A stretch of 64,000 nt of DNA from Elusimicrobiota bacterium (GTDB taxonomy: Bacteria; Elusimicrobiota; Endomicrobiia; Endomicrobiales; JBDRNC01), in the NCBI GenBank assembly GCA_043811535.1, contig JBDRNC010000028.1, forward strand, positions 64,001 to 128,000, given 5' to 3'. The notes below the pieces were generated by a model, which saw nothing but the letters and a program-made list of their open reading frames with translations, did not search any database and was not told the origin of the DNA. The stretch's first letter is position 1, and each line of letters begins with the position of its first letter. This document shows positions 37,524 through 47,870 of the stretch, piece by piece. The translations under genes and the position numbers were made by a program.

Positions 37524-38978
37524 TAGTTTCATTTTTAGTATCTTATTCACGATTCCCGGGTTGGCCTTGCCCTGGGTTTTTTTCATGACTGCGCCCACAA
37601 GGGAACCGATCGCTTTTTCGTTTCCCGCCTGTATTTCAGCAACCGCTTTCGGATTCTCGGCTATAACCTCATCGCATATCTTTGCAATCGCGTTTTCGTC
37701 CGTTATCTGAACAAGGCCTTTTTCCCTTACTATGTCTTCCGGGCTTTTTCCAGTTGCAACCATTTCTTCAAAAACAGTTTTTGCAATCTTTCCTGAAATT
37801 GTTGAATCCATTATTAAGCCAACAAGCTCGGCAAGATTCATAAAAGATACTGGTGAATCAGTTATTTTTTTATTCTCAGCGTTCAGTTTTCCAATCAAAT
37901 CATTAATTAGCCAGTTCGCAACTGGTTTATATGCTTCCTTTATTTTTCCCGGTGGTATAGAACGCAAAGCATCCTCAAAAAAATCTGCTAATGCCTTATC
38001 TGCTGTTATCACGCCCGCGTCATATTCCGATAGTCCCAGTTCTGAAACGAAGCGCGCCCGGCGTTTTTCCGGCAGTTCCGGAAGCTCTTTCCTTATATTG
38101 TCCACAAAACCCGCCGATAGTTCCAGCGGGACCAGGTCGGGTTCCGGGAAATACCTGTAATCGTGCGCCTGTTCCTTCGTGCGCATCGATATTGTCTTGC
38201 ACTTATCGGCGTCCCAGAGACGGGTTTCCTGCGTTATTTTCCCGCCGCCGGAAACTTCCTCTACCTGTCTGTTTATTTCATATTCTATGGCTTCTTTCAC
38301 GCCGCTGAGCGAGTTCATGTTTTTCAGTTCCACTTTCGTGCCCAACTCTTTCTGTCCTTCGGGCCTGATGCTTATGTTGGCGTCGCAGCGGAACTTGCCT
38401 TCTTCCATGTTGCATTCGGAAACGCCGAGATATTCAAGGATGCTTTTCAGCGCCGAAAGATACTGGTATGCCTCTTCCGCGGCGCGCATGTCGGGCTCCG
38501 AGACGATTTCCATCAGCGGGACACCCGTCCTGTTAAGGTCCACTAGCGAATAATCCAATTCCCTGCTTCCGATTGCGTGCAAGAGCTTGCCGGCGTCTTC
38601 TTCAAGGTGTATTCTCGTTATTCCTACTGTTTTTTTCTGGCCGTCAGCCGATATTTCCAGCTTGCCGCGCTCGCAGACGGGAAGTTCATACTGCGATATC
38701 TGGTAATTTTTAGGAAGGTCGGGATAAAAATACTGTTTTCTTGCAAAAATGGAATCTTTGTTGATTTGGCAGCCGAGCGCAAGGCCTGTTTTAACTATGA
38801 ACCTGACGGCCTTTTCATTGAGGACGGGGAGCACGCCGGGCTGACCCGTGCAGACGGGGCAGATGTTTTTGTTCGGCTCCGAGCCGAACTCAGCCGGGCA
38901 GGAACAGAATATCTTGCTTTCTGTTTTTAATTGAGTGTGGACTTCGAGTCCTATTACAGCTTCAAATTTATTAGTCAT
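37515..38978 (-). CDS. gatB: Asp/Glu-tRNA amidotransferase subunit B
   Basis: VIGLEVHTQL, YFYPDLPKNYQISQ, HLEEDAGK, YRYFPEPDL. Confidence 0.98.
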   Translation of the reverse strand: MTNKFEAVIGLEVHTQLKTESKIFCSCPAEFGSEPNKNICPVCTGQPGVLPVLNEKAVRFIVKTGLALGCQINKDSIFARKQYFYPDLPKNYQISQYELPVCERGKLEISADGQKKTVGITRIHLEEDAGKLLHAIGSRELDYSLVDLNRTGVPLMEIVSEPDMRAAEEAYQYLSALKSILEYLGVSECNMEEGKFRCDANISIRPEGQKELGTKVELKNMNSLSGVKEAIEYEINRQVEEVSGGGKITQETRLWDADKCKTISMRTKEQAHDYRYFPEPDLVPLELSAGFVDNIRKELPELPEKRRARFVSELGLSEYDAGVITADKALADFFEDALRSIPPGKIKEAYKPVANWLINDLIGKLNAENKKITDSPVSFMNLAELVGLIMDSTISGKIAKTVFEEMVATGKSPEDIVREKGLVQITDENAIAKICDEVIAENPKAVAEIQAGNEKAIGSLVGAVMKKTQGKANPGIVNKILKMKLSN

Positions 38979-39022
38979 TATTGGTTTTCTCTATACCTAA
39001 TAATTTATCAGGACTATTTAGA

Positions 39023-39091
39023 AATGGCTATATGGCTAAATTGCTGATTGCTAAAGTCCCTGGCCATTTAGCAATTTAACAATACAGCAAT
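39023..39091. repeat. Inverted octamer array (ATGGCTAA family)
   Basis: aatggcta tatggcta aattgctg attgctaaagtccc tggccat ttagcaat ttaacaat. Confidence 0.85.
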
Positions 39092-39107
39092 GCAGTTGAT
39101 CTGCTAT

Positions 39108-40022
39108 TCATCCTTTCTTGTAGAACTGGTACGTCCAGTCGGCTATCTTTCCTATGAATTTTCTTGCCATCCGCCTGCTTTTTATGTCATCAGTGATAAC
39201 GCAGATGATGAAATCGCCCTCTGGCGTAAAAACTATACCGACATCGCTCATCGTGCCCTTGAGAGTGCCCGTTTTGTGCGCAATTTCTATGTCGCCGGGC
39301 AGCATCCGCGGCAGGCGGTCCCTGAGTTTCTGTTTTTTAAGTATCTCAAGCATTTCCGCGCTTGCCCACTCGCTGACAAGGTCACCGCGGTATATTTTTT
39401 CCAGCAGAAACGCCATCTCTTCGGCCGTCGTGTAGTTCTCTATGCCGGCGTCGCGCCACTTGAGGTCCATTATGCCGCGCTTGAGGTCTGTTTCTTTCAA
39501 TCCAAACTCGACGAATTTCTGGTTTATGTAACCGAATCCCAGCGCGTCAACAAGCATGTTGGTCGCGGTGTTATCGCTTTCTTCTATCATTCGTTCCATA
39601 AGATTCTTTATCGTGAATTTTTTTCCGTTCCTCGTCCTGTACAGTTTCCCACCGCCCGGAGACTTGTATTTCCGCTGGAGAGTCAGCTCATCGGTCAGTT
39701 CAAGCCTGCCTTCTTTTTCCGCCTCATAGACGGCCGCCATTATGGGAATCTTGACGAGGCTCGCGCTCGGAAAGAGATTTTCCGCGTTGATGCGCACTTC
39801 CTGGCGGGTTTTCAGGTCCTTTACCAGTATCCCGGAAGAACCGCGGAAATTATCGGCGCATATCTGCAGTTCCTGCATCAGCCGGCCGTAATCCACCCTG
39901 GGCGGCTCCGGTCTCATCATTGTGGCGAACAGGTACACCATCGCCGAAACGATCAAGAATCCGGCTGTTATCTGTACCTTAAATTTCAGGATTTTTCTTA
40001 TGCCATTCAGTGTTTTTCTCAT
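39108..40022 (-). CDS. Membrane-anchored serine hydrolase with class A beta-lactamase-like fold
   Basis: SLVK (SxxK), SDN, HKTG; N-terminal TM; start uncertain, overlaps the gatA 3' end. Confidence 0.85.
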   Translation of the reverse strand: MRKTLNGIRKILKFKVQITAGFLIVSAMVYLFATMMRPEPPRVDYGRLMQELQICADNFRGSSGILVKDLKTRQEVRINAENLFPSASLVKIPIMAAVYEAEKEGRLELTDELTLQRKYKSPGGGKLYRTRNGKKFTIKNLMERMIEESDNTATNMLVDALGFGYINQKFVEFGLKETDLKRGIMDLKWRDAGIENYTTAEEMAFLLEKIYRGDLVSEWASAEMLEILKKQKLRDRLPRMLPGDIEIAHKTGTLKGTMSDVGIVFTPEGDFIICVITDDIKSRRMARKFIGKIADWTYQFYKKG

Positions 40023-41424
40023 AATTGTGCGCGACCCTCATTATTTCTTCTTCCGCGAACGGTTTTCCAAGTATCTGCAGGCCTATTGGAAGCCCCTTGG
40101 AGGAAAGACCGCACGGGACAGATATACCCGGAATCCCGGCCAAATTGCATGATATCGTGAATATATCGGAAAGATACATCTGGAGCGGGTCCGACGATTT
40201 TTCCCCGATATTGAAAGCGGGTGTCGGAGCGGTCGGAGTAGCGATCACATCGACTTTTTCAAAAGCCTTCTCGAAATCCCTTTTAATAAGCGTCCGCACT
40301 CTCTGGGCCTTGCCGTAATACGCGTCGTAATACCCCGAGGAGAGCGCGTATGTCCCGAGCATTATCCTGCGTTTCACCTCGGCGCCGAAGCCCCGGCCGC
40401 GGGTTTTCTCGTATTCCTCAAGAAGGTTGGAGCATTCCGCGCGGAACCCGTATTTGGCGCCGTCGTACCTGGCAAGATTCGCCGACGCTTCCGACGGAGC
40501 TATAATATAATAAACCGCGACGGCGTATTCCGTGTGCGGAAGGGATATCTCCTCGATTTTCGCGCCCATTCCCTCAAGTTGCCCGACTGCCGCTTTAACA
40601 GCGGCCTCAACTTCAGGGTCCAGCCCTTTAATAAAGTATTCCTTCGGCAGGCCGATCCTGGCGCCCTTGATATCCTTTTTTATTCCCGAAACATAATCCG
40701 GAACCGGGACATCCGCGGACGTTGAATCGTTCGCGTCGCGGCCCGATATGATACCAAGGAGCAGCGCCGAATCTTCCACGGTCCTGGAAAAAGAACCTAT
40801 CTGGTCAAGCGAAGACGCGAAGGCCACGAGACCGTACCTGCTGACCCTGCCGTACGTGGGTTTTATCCCGGCCACTCCGCAGCACGCCGCGGGCTGTCTT
40901 ATGGAGCCGCCGGTGTCGGAACCCAAAGCGACCGGCGCCATCCGCGCGGCGACCGAGGCCGCGCTGCCGCCCGAAGAGCCGCCCGGGATGCAATCCGTGT
41001 TCCACGGGTTTTTCGTAGTGTGAAATGCCGAATTTTCCGTTGAGGAACCCATCGCGAACTCGTCAAGGTTCGTTTTCCCTATGAAAACCGCTCCCTCTTC
41101 TTTCAGTTTCCTTATCACCGTCGCGTCGTAGGGAGCCGTGTAATTTTCAAGTATTTTTGACGAGCACGTGGTTTTCGCGCCGTTTATCATCATGTTGTCT
41201 TTGACCGCCACCGGAACCCCGCAGAGTTTTCCGGTTCTTCCGCCGTCCGCGGCTTTGGCCTGTTCCAGCGCTTGTTTTTCAAGCACTGTTATGAATGCTT
41301 TCACCTTCGGCTCAACGCCGTTGATGCGCGCCAGAAAAGCTTTCGTGACCTCTACGCTTGAGATCTCCCTTTTGCGTATCTTTTCCGCCAGTTCAGTTGC
41401 CGATAGGTTAATAATATCGTTCAT
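39979..41424 (-). CDS. gatA: Asp/Glu-tRNA amidotransferase subunit A
   Basis: [42 protein letters not shown]. Confidence 0.98.
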   Translation of the reverse strand: MNDIINLSATELAEKIRKREISSVEVTKAFLARINGVEPKVKAFITVLEKQALEQAKAADGGRTGKLCGVPVAVKDNMMINGAKTTCSSKILENYTAPYDATVIRKLKEEGAVFIGKTNLDEFAMGSSTENSAFHTTKNPWNTDCIPGGSSGGSAASVAARMAPVALGSDTGGSIRQPAACCGVAGIKPTYGRVSRYGLVAFASSLDQIGSFSRTVEDSALLLGIISGRDANDSTSADVPVPDYVSGIKKDIKGARIGLPKEYFIKGLDPEVEAAVKAAVGQLEGMGAKIEEISLPHTEYAVAVYYIIAPSEASANLARYDGAKYGFRAECSNLLEEYEKTRGRGFGAEVKRRIMLGTYALSSGYYDAYYGKAQRVRTLIKRDFEKAFEKVDVIATPTAPTPAFNIGEKSSDPLQMYLSDIFTISCNLAGIPGISVPCGLSSKGLPIGLQILGKPFAEEEIMRVAHNYEKNTEWHKKNPEI

Positions 41425-41435
41425 ATTTTTATGCA

Positions 41436-41531
41436 ATTAGCGATTTGCGATTAGCAATTAGTAAAGACAAACAAAGCGGCAAATCATAATTAGTAAAAAA
41501 CTAATCGCCAATTGCTAATGGCTAATTGCTG
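41436..41531. repeat. Inverted heptamer array (AATTAGC family)
   Basis: aattagc gatttgc gattagc aattagt aaagacaaac ... ctaatcg ccaattg ctaatgg ctaattg; similar to 14152-14243. Confidence 0.88.
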
Positions 41532-41537
41532 CCGTTA

Positions 41538-42533
41538 TCAGAACCATTTTTTCTTCCTCAGGAAAATATATGTTATCACGGTTACCGCCACAATCAATGA
41601 AAACGCGAAATACCACACGTTGTCATTCCCGAAGATCCTGTGTTCCAGGAAAGGAACCACGTTCATGCCGTAATAGCTCGTGATAAGCAGCGCCGGCAGG
41701 AATATCGTCGCTATTAATGTCAGGAATTTCATTATTTCGTTCAGCTTCAGCGTCACGCTTGAAACGTACACCTCGAGTATGCTGCCTATTAGCTGGTTGA
41801 AATTGGCTATTGACTGGTTTATGTGGTCGTACTGAAAGAAGATATCCCTGAAATACGCGGTGGATTTTCTTGAGATGATCCCGGCTGTCTCCCTTGTAAA
41901 ATAGGCGTAAACGTTCTTCTGCGGTTCGGATATCTTTCTCATGCTGAGCAGTATTTTCTTGAGCGAGAAGATGTCCTGGATGAGTTCCGGGGTCGGATCT
42001 CCCAGCAGTTTGTCCTCTAGTTTATCAACGGTCTCGTTTATTTTCTCAACGGTAAACTCATAGCTGTATACGACTTTCTGGAATATGGAATATACCAGGT
42101 ATTCGATGCTCCTGAGCTCGATCTGCGGTTTTATCTTCGCCTTCTCTATGAGCGTTTCTATAAGAAGTATCTCGCCGGTATGTATCGTGACCAGGAAATC
42201 TTTACCGATGAACAGGTCCAGCTCGTATATATGATTGTCAAGATCGGTAAGATCCTGCGCCTTCGCCCTTATCCCGTGAACCGCGGCGAAAATATAGTTC
42301 TCGAATTCCTCCACTTTCGGGTGGTATTGGGGAATGAGGCTGTCTTCGATTGATAATTCGTGGAATTTGAAAACGTCATAAAGGAGGGAAACCTCTTCAT
42401 CGGACAGGTCATGGTCCTCAATCGTCAGGTCCACCCATATCAGTTTCGGTTTCTGCTCGATGATAGCCGCTATGTTTTCGACGGCTACTTCCGCTGGGCT
42501 GTCGGCGTTTTTCAGGTAAATTGCTTTGATCAT
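41538..42533 (-). CDS. corA: CorA-family Mg2+/Co2+ transporter
   Basis: FHELSIED, PKVEEF, YGMN signature. Confidence 0.92.
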   Translation of the reverse strand: MIKAIYLKNADSPAEVAVENIAAIIEQKPKLIWVDLTIEDHDLSDEEVSLLYDVFKFHELSIEDSLIPQYHPKVEEFENYIFAAVHGIRAKAQDLTDLDNHIYELDLFIGKDFLVTIHTGEILLIETLIEKAKIKPQIELRSIEYLVYSIFQKVVYSYEFTVEKINETVDKLEDKLLGDPTPELIQDIFSLKKILLSMRKISEPQKNVYAYFTRETAGIISRKSTAYFRDIFFQYDHINQSIANFNQLIGSILEVYVSSVTLKLNEIMKFLTLIATIFLPALLITSYYGMNVVPFLEHRIFGNDNVWYFAFSLIVAVTVITYIFLRKKKWF

Positions 42534-42563
42534 CGGGGCCTCTTAATTTGGGCGTGGCGTATT

Positions 42564-42857
42564 TTACTCTATTACTTTTTTCACTTTGAAGAAATTATCT
42601 TCCCGTTCCGGAGCGTTGCCCAGGAGTTTTTCTATTTCTTCTCCTGACGATTGTTTTGCTTTATCTTTCCTCCAGACGTTCTTCAGATCAAGCACGTGGC
42701 TGGTAGGCGGGACATTGCCCGTGTCCAGTTTATTAAGCTGGTCTATATATTCAAGTATTGATCCGAGCTGGACGGCGTATTTTTCCTTTTCTTCTTCCGT
42801 CAGCTCGAGCCGCGCAAGCCGCGCGACATAATCGACATCTTTTTTATTGATTTTCAT
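42564..42857 (-). CDS. gatC: Asp/Glu-tRNA amidotransferase subunit C
   Basis: VDYVARLARLEL, NAPEREDNFFKV. Confidence 0.96.
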   Translation of the reverse strand: MKINKKDVDYVARLARLELTEEEKEKYAVQLGSILEYIDQLNKLDTGNVPPTSHVLDLKNVWRKDKAKQSSGEEIEKLLGNAPEREDNFFKVKKVIE

Positions 42858-42863
42858 TTTTGT

Positions 42864-42979
42864 TTAGCAATTAGCCATTAGCTATTGGCAATTAGTAGTA
42901 GAAATACTATTGCAGCTAACTGCTACCTCTTTCTGATTTTTTGTATCACTGATTGCTAATTGCAAATTGCTAATCGCTG
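42864..42979. repeat. Inverted heptamer array (AATTAGC family)
   Basis: ttagcaa ttagcca ttagcta ttggcaa ttagt ... ttgctaa ttgcaaa ttgctaa tcgct. Confidence 0.88.
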
Positions 42980-42983
42980 CCAT

Positions 42984-45125
42984 TTATATTTTTTCCAGAT
43001 TTGCCATTCTTACTAAAAGTTTTTTCCACTGGCCGGTATCAAAAAGCACGACCAGCTTCAATTCGTCGCCGGAACCGGACCTTTCTATCACTTTCCCTTC
43101 CCCGAACTTCTGGTGTTTTACCTTGCAACCCAGCGGGAAATCGCCGCCGCCGTAATCTTCCATCACGGCGCGTGAACCGTCATAGACCTGTTCTCTCGTT
43201 ATTCCCTCTTCCCTTACCGGCTTCGCCTCTTCCATGAAGCGCGACCGCATGTTCCAGCGGCTTTTGCCGAAAATCTTGCGTTCCGCCGCCCAGCTCAGGA
43301 ACAGGTTTTCTTTCGCGCGCGTCATGCCGACGTACATCAGGCGCCTTTCTTCCTCCAGCTCTTCGCGGTCAAATGCGGCTTCGCCTATCGGGAAAAGCCC
43401 TTCTTCAAGCCCGGTGATAAAAACCGTCCTGAACTCCAGCCCTTTTGCCAGGTGCAGGGTCATCAAAGTGACCTTATCATTGTCATCCGACCACGAGTCC
43501 AGGTCGGAGACAAGCGCCACCTGGGTCAGATAGCCGGCAAGCGTTTTATCCGGAGAGCGCGTTTCAAATTCATCTATCGCGGATATCAATTCCTGAAGGT
43601 TCTCGATGCGGCTGCGCGCTTCCGTCGTGTCTTCCGTCTCCAGTTCTTTTATGTATCCCGTCCTTTCGAGTATTTCCATGGCGATCTTTTTAACGGTAGT
43701 CGCGTCCTTGTTCTCGCGCGTTTCGTCTATGATCTTTCTGAATTCCGCAAGGCCCCTCTTTGCGCCGGTCGGCACGTCGGCGGCATGCAGGTTCTTTACC
43801 GCTTCCCAGAGGGAGATCCCTTTTTCGGTAGCGTATTTTCCAAGAACTTCCATTGATGTTTTGCCGATCCCTCTGTGAGGGACGTTGACTACTCTTTTCA
43901 GGCTCACGCTGTCGTTTGGATTGTGCACAAGCCGCATGTAAGCCATAATATCCTTTACTTCCGCGCGGTCGTAGAACCTTACCGTTCCCACTATCGCGTA
44001 AGGCAGTCCGTTCCTGCGCATCGCGTCTTCCAGCACGCGCGACTGCGCGTTAGTCCTGTAAAAAACGGCGTAATCCGAATTCCTGCGGGAACCGGTTTCA
44101 AGGCCGCGCGTGATCTCATCGGTGACGCGCTGCGCTTCTTCAAGTTCGTTGAGGCTTTCGAAACTTTTTATTTTTTCGCCGCTTTCGCTTTCCGTCCAGA
44201 GCTTCTTCTCGACCCTGTCCTGGTTGTTTTTTATGACGTTCCAGGCGGAATCAAGGATATTTTTCGTTGAGCGGTAGTTCTGCTCGAGTTTTACCATGCG
44301 GCATCCGGGATAGTCGCGTTCGAACTCCAGGATATTCCTGATATCGGCGCCGCGCCAGGAATAGATCGACTGGTCATCGTCGCCCACAACGCAGATATTC
44401 TTGTATTTTCCCGCCAGGTATTTGGTCAGCATGTACTGCGCGTGGTTGGTGTCCTGGTATTCGTCTATTAAGAGGTATTTGAACCTTTCCTGGTATTTCT
44501 CGCGCAATGTTTCGTTTTCGCGCAGCGCCGTGACCGAAAGCATCAGCAGGTCGCCGAAATCCAGCGCGCCGGATCTCTCTATTTTTTTCTGATAGAGCCC
44601 GTAAATCGTTGCCACGACCTGCCTGAAGTGGTCGCCGCTCGCAAGGGAATGTATCCCGTAGGAATCGGCGTCCAGAAGTTCGTCTTTCGCCCGGCTTATT
44701 ATCTCAATAAGGCGGGAAGGCTTGAATTTTTTTTCGTCAAGGTTAAGTTCCCTGACGCAGTCCCTCAGCAGGTTCTTCTGGTCCGCATCGTCGTATATGA
44801 GAAAACTCGGGTCTATCCCCAGATGCTTCGCTTCAACGCGCAGGAACTTCGCTCCGAACGAGTGGAACGTGGATATCCACACGGAGCGCCCCTGCCCCGG
44901 CGCGAGCGCGTCAACCCTGCGCCGCATCTCCTCCGCGGCCTTGTTCGTAAAGGTCACGGCCAACACGTTCCACGGCTTGACATCCTGGCTCAAAAGATAG
45001 GCTATCCTGTGGGTTATGACGCGCGTTTTACCCGTTCCGGCTCCCGCAAAAATAATAAGGGGGCCTTCCGTATGCAGCATGGCGTCGCGCTGCGCAGGAT
45101 TCAGTTTGTCTAATATTGGATCCAT
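42984..45125 (-). CDS. pcrA: ATP-dependent DNA helicase PcrA/UvrD
   Basis: AGAGTGKT, IDEYQDTN, LEQNYRST, HLAKGLEF, EEERRLMYVGMTRA. Confidence 0.96.
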   Translation of the reverse strand: MDPILDKLNPAQRDAMLHTEGPLIIFAGAGTGKTRVITHRIAYLLSQDVKPWNVLAVTFTNKAAEEMRRRVDALAPGQGRSVWISTFHSFGAKFLRVEAKHLGIDPSFLIYDDADQKNLLRDCVRELNLDEKKFKPSRLIEIISRAKDELLDADSYGIHSLASGDHFRQVVATIYGLYQKKIERSGALDFGDLLMLSVTALRENETLREKYQERFKYLLIDEYQDTNHAQYMLTKYLAGKYKNICVVGDDDQSIYSWRGADIRNILEFERDYPGCRMVKLEQNYRSTKNILDSAWNVIKNNQDRVEKKLWTESESGEKIKSFESLNELEEAQRVTDEITRGLETGSRRNSDYAVFYRTNAQSRVLEDAMRRNGLPYAIVGTVRFYDRAEVKDIMAYMRLVHNPNDSVSLKRVVNVPHRGIGKTSMEVLGKYATEKGISLWEAVKNLHAADVPTGAKRGLAEFRKIIDETRENKDATTVKKIAMEILERTGYIKELETEDTTEARSRIENLQELISAIDEFETRSPDKTLAGYLTQVALVSDLDSWSDDNDKVTLMTLHLAKGLEFRTVFITGLEEGLFPIGEAAFDREELEEERRLMYVGMTRAKENLFLSWAAERKIFGKSRWNMRSRFMEEAKPVREEGITREQVYDGSRAVMEDYGGGDFPLGCKVKHQKFGEGKVIERSGSGDELKLVVLFDTGQWKKLLVRMANLEKI

Positions 45126-45180
45126 ATTATAAAAGTATAACAAATAAAGAGGTAAACAGGCAAATTAATACATGCGGCGA

Positions 45181-45274
45181 TGACAGATGACAGATGACAG
45201 TTGACGGTTGACAGAATACGTCATTTAAATGCTTTTTGCTTCTGTGTCAACTGTCAACCGTGAACCGTCAACTG
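45181..45274. repeat. Inverted heptamer array (TGACAGW / ACYGTCA)
   Basis: TGACAGA TGACAGA TGACAGT TGACGGT TGACAGA ... ACTGTCA ACCGTGA ACCGTCA. Confidence 0.9.
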
Positions 45275-45285
45275 CCGTTATTCAA

Positions 45286-45315
45286 TTGACACCGTACCTA
45301 TATATAAGGTATAAT
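45286..45315 (+). promoter_or_regulatory. Sigma70 promoter for the rpmH operon
   Basis: TTGACA-18-TATAAT. Confidence 0.7.
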
Positions 45316-45348
45316 TGACGAAATTCCACATAATTAGAGGTAATTTTA

Positions 45349-45486
45349 ATGACTAAATGCACATTCCAGCCGAACAAGAGACGCCGTAAAAAACACATTG
45401 GTTTCCGCGCCAGGATGAAAACCCCGGGCGGCCGTAAAACCCTTAACCGCAGGCGCCAAAAGGGTCGCCACCGCCTTTCAGCATAA
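45349..45486 (+). CDS. rpmH: 50S ribosomal protein L34 (below the ORF-track size cutoff)
   Basis: [45 protein letters not shown]. Confidence 0.97.
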   Translation: MTKCTFQPNKRRRKKHIGFRARMKTPGGRKTLNRRRQKGRHRLSA

Positions 45487-45500
45487 AAAGCCGGCCATAG

Positions 45501-45893
45501 ATGAGCCAAGAAAAGTCGGTACTGAAATATACTTTACGATACAGCGAAAAACTGCATTCACAAAAAGATTTCCAGCAGATAATCAGATCAGGCCGGAGGC
45601 TGGTTCATCCGGCGCTTTTGATTTATGCGGGTAATAACGGTCTCCCGGCGGGCACCAGAAGGCTCGGCCTTATTACAAGCAGAAAAATCGGCATTGCTGT
45701 CAGGAGAAACCGCCTTAAAAGGCGCTTCCGCGAGATATTTAGGCTTAATAAATACCTTATTAAACTCAATACCGACCTGATTTTCGCGCCGAAACCCCCG
45801 GCAGGCGACATGAACTACGCCCAGCTTGAATCAATTATCTTGAACTTGCTTGAAAAAGCGGGGTTGTTATATAAGGTAAACGGTAAAAGTTGA
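45501..45893 (+). CDS. rnpA: Ribonuclease P protein component
   Basis: RLGLITSRKIGIAVRRNRLKRRFRE (RNR motif). Confidence 0.95.
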   Translation: MSQEKSVLKYTLRYSEKLHSQKDFQQIIRSGRRLVHPALLIYAGNNGLPAGTRRLGLITSRKIGIAVRRNRLKRRFREIFRLNKYLIKLNTDLIFAPKPPAGDMNYAQLESIILNLLEKAGLLYKVNGKS

Positions 45894-45975
45894 ACAGGTA
45901 AATGAAAACAGATCATGTTGAACGGTAAACGATACAACGCTGAATTTCTTTTCGTTTACCGTTTAACGTTCACCG
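45875..45975. repeat. Inverted heptamer array (GGTAAAC / GTTTACC) overlapping the rnpA 3' end
   Basis: GGTAAAC GGTAAAA GTTGAAC ... GTTTACC GTTTAAC GTTCACC. Confidence 0.8.
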
Positions 45976-45996
45976 CAGTTGAAAGATGAGTAACAT

Positions 45997-46209
45997 ATGA
46001 AATACTTAATTATTAGAATGTTGAAATTGTACAAATTGTTCTCCCGGGCCATGCCGCGCGCCTGCCGGTTCTATCCGACCTGTTCTGAATACACTATTGA
46101 AGCGATAGAGAAACACGGCGCAGCGTCCGGAGCATGGCTTGGTTTTAAAAGAGTCCTTCGCTGCCATCCGTTCAATGCCGGCGGACATGATCCCGTACCC
46201 GAAAAATAG
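45997..46209 (+). CDS. yidD: Membrane protein insertion efficiency factor YidD
   Basis: CRFYPTCSEY, RCHPFNAGGHDPVP. Confidence 0.95.
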   Translation: MKYLIIRMLKLYKLFSRAMPRACRFYPTCSEYTIEAIEKHGAASGAWLGFKRVLRCHPFNAGGHDPVPEK

Positions 46210-46217
46210 GAGAATAA

Positions 46218-47774
46218 ATGGATAAAAATACTTTGATCGCGGTTGTTGTTTCGACAGTGTTTCTCATATTCTGGTGGACGTATTTTCAGCCGAAGCCCGT
46301 TCCGAAATCCCCCGTTCAGACAGCCGCTCAGTCCGCGGAAATAGATACCGAAAAAACGCAGCCTGAAACCGCGGCCGCCGCGCCTGTAAAATTGTCCCCC
46401 GGAAAAGAAACCGTGTTTGAAACCGACAAGTACCGCGCGGTTTTCACTTCAAAAGGCGGCGCCATAAAAGAGTGGTGGCTGAAAGAAAAAAACGGCAGCA
46501 AGCCGGTCAATCTCGCGCTTTACTCCGATTCAAGGTTTCTGTCCACATTCCCCGAAACAAGTTTCAGCGCGGTCCAACGCGGCAAAGACACTATAATTTT
46601 CGAAGGGATCTTGCCGTCGGGCGCGCGCATTAAAAAGACTTATACTCTTGCCGATGATTACCTGAATAAACTCGAAATAGAGCTCTCCGGCGGCAGGAAA
46701 TCCGGGGACGATCTTTCTATAAACCTCGGGCCCGGGATCGGCACCGATGTAAAAGAACTGAAAGAAAACCTGGGGCTTATGCGCGCGCTCGCGTTCCGCT
46801 CCGAGAAGCCAAAAGAGCTTAAAGTACTGAAGCCCGGCGAATATCCCGCGGGCGAATTCAAGTGGGTGGCGATAGATAACAGGTATTTCTTGTCTTCGCT
46901 GATACCCGGCGATGACAACGGTTTTGACAGCCTTATAGTAAAGAAATCCGACAAAAAAGCCCCGTCCGAAATATTCCTTGTGAAACGCGCCGGCAAACCC
47001 GTAAGGCTTTCGCTTCAGTTCTATCTGGGGCCGAAAGGGCACGGCTCCCTGAAATATTACAAGCTTGGTCTTGAAGAAGCCGTTGATTTTGGATTTTTCG
47101 GTTTCCTCGGCAAGATGGCGCTGGCCGCGCTCAGCTTCTTCTATAAAATCACGGGCAACTACGGCTGGGGCATAATACTTCTCACCATTATGCTTCAGAT
47201 ACTTGTTTACCCGCTGAGCTTGAAGAGTTTTAAGTCCTCTGCGGCCATGAAAAAGCTCCAGCCGAAAATGAAGGAGATTCAAACCAAGTTCAAGGACGAC
47301 CAGAAAAGATTGAATATGGAGATGATGAACCTCTACAAGTCGGAAGGATTCAATCCGCTGGGCGGGTGCCTGCCGATGATACTTCAGCTCCCTATCTTCT
47401 GGGCGCTTTTCACGACGCTCAGGAATGCCTACGAACTCCGCGGCGCCCCCTGGATATGGTGGATTAAGGATCTTTCAAGCGCCGACAGGCTGTTCTCCGA
47501 TCTCCTTGGGCTGCCTTTTACCGTGGGGCTCCTGCCTATTCTTATGGGGCTCGGGATGCTTGTTCAGCAGAAGATGACCTCAGCGTCGTCAGATCCGTCG
47601 CAGGCAATGATGATGTACATGCTGCCAGTGGTTTTCACTTTCATGTTCATGGGGTTCCCTTCCGGGCTGGTTCTGTACTGGCTGGTAAACAGCCTGATGA
47701 CTATGGTGGAAATGTATTTCATACTGCACCTGCCTGAGAAAAGGGCCGCAAAAGCAAGTGCTAAAATGGCGTAA
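46218..47774 (+). CDS. yidC: Membrane protein insertase YidC
   Basis: GNYGWGII, NPLGGCLPMILQLPIF, PSGLVLYWLVN. Confidence 0.96.
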   Translation: MDKNTLIAVVVSTVFLIFWWTYFQPKPVPKSPVQTAAQSAEIDTEKTQPETAAAAPVKLSPGKETVFETDKYRAVFTSKGGAIKEWWLKEKNGSKPVNLALYSDSRFLSTFPETSFSAVQRGKDTIIFEGILPSGARIKKTYTLADDYLNKLEIELSGGRKSGDDLSINLGPGIGTDVKELKENLGLMRALAFRSEKPKELKVLKPGEYPAGEFKWVAIDNRYFLSSLIPGDDNGFDSLIVKKSDKKAPSEIFLVKRAGKPVRLSLQFYLGPKGHGSLKYYKLGLEEAVDFGFFGFLGKMALAALSFFYKITGNYGWGIILLTIMLQILVYPLSLKSFKSSAAMKKLQPKMKEIQTKFKDDQKRLNMEMMNLYKSEGFNPLGGCLPMILQLPIFWALFTTLRNAYELRGAPWIWWIKDLSSADRLFSDLLGLPFTVGLLPILMGLGMLVQQKMTSASSDPSQAMMMYMLPVVFTFMFMGFPSGLVLYWLVNSLMTMVEMYFILHLPEKRAAKASAKMA

Positions 47775-47782
47775 AACATAAA

Positions 47783-47845
47783 GTTTCAGCAGTTTCAACC
47801 GTTCAAGTTTTTAACTGCTTAAACAAATGAAATGATTTTAACGGT
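47783..47845. repeat. Degenerate inverted ~9-mer array
   Basis: gtttcagca gtttcaacc gttcaag ... ttaactgc ttaaacaaa tgaaatgat tttaacgg. Confidence 0.55.
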
Positions 47846-47870
47846 CTGTTATATAAATGAGAGGTGTAAA

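Noticed and set aside
39108..40022. Bona fide antibiotic-resistance beta-lactamase
   Set aside because: It has the fold motifs, but a membrane anchor, no clear ExxLN omega-loop and a housekeeping context; activity cannot be claimed.
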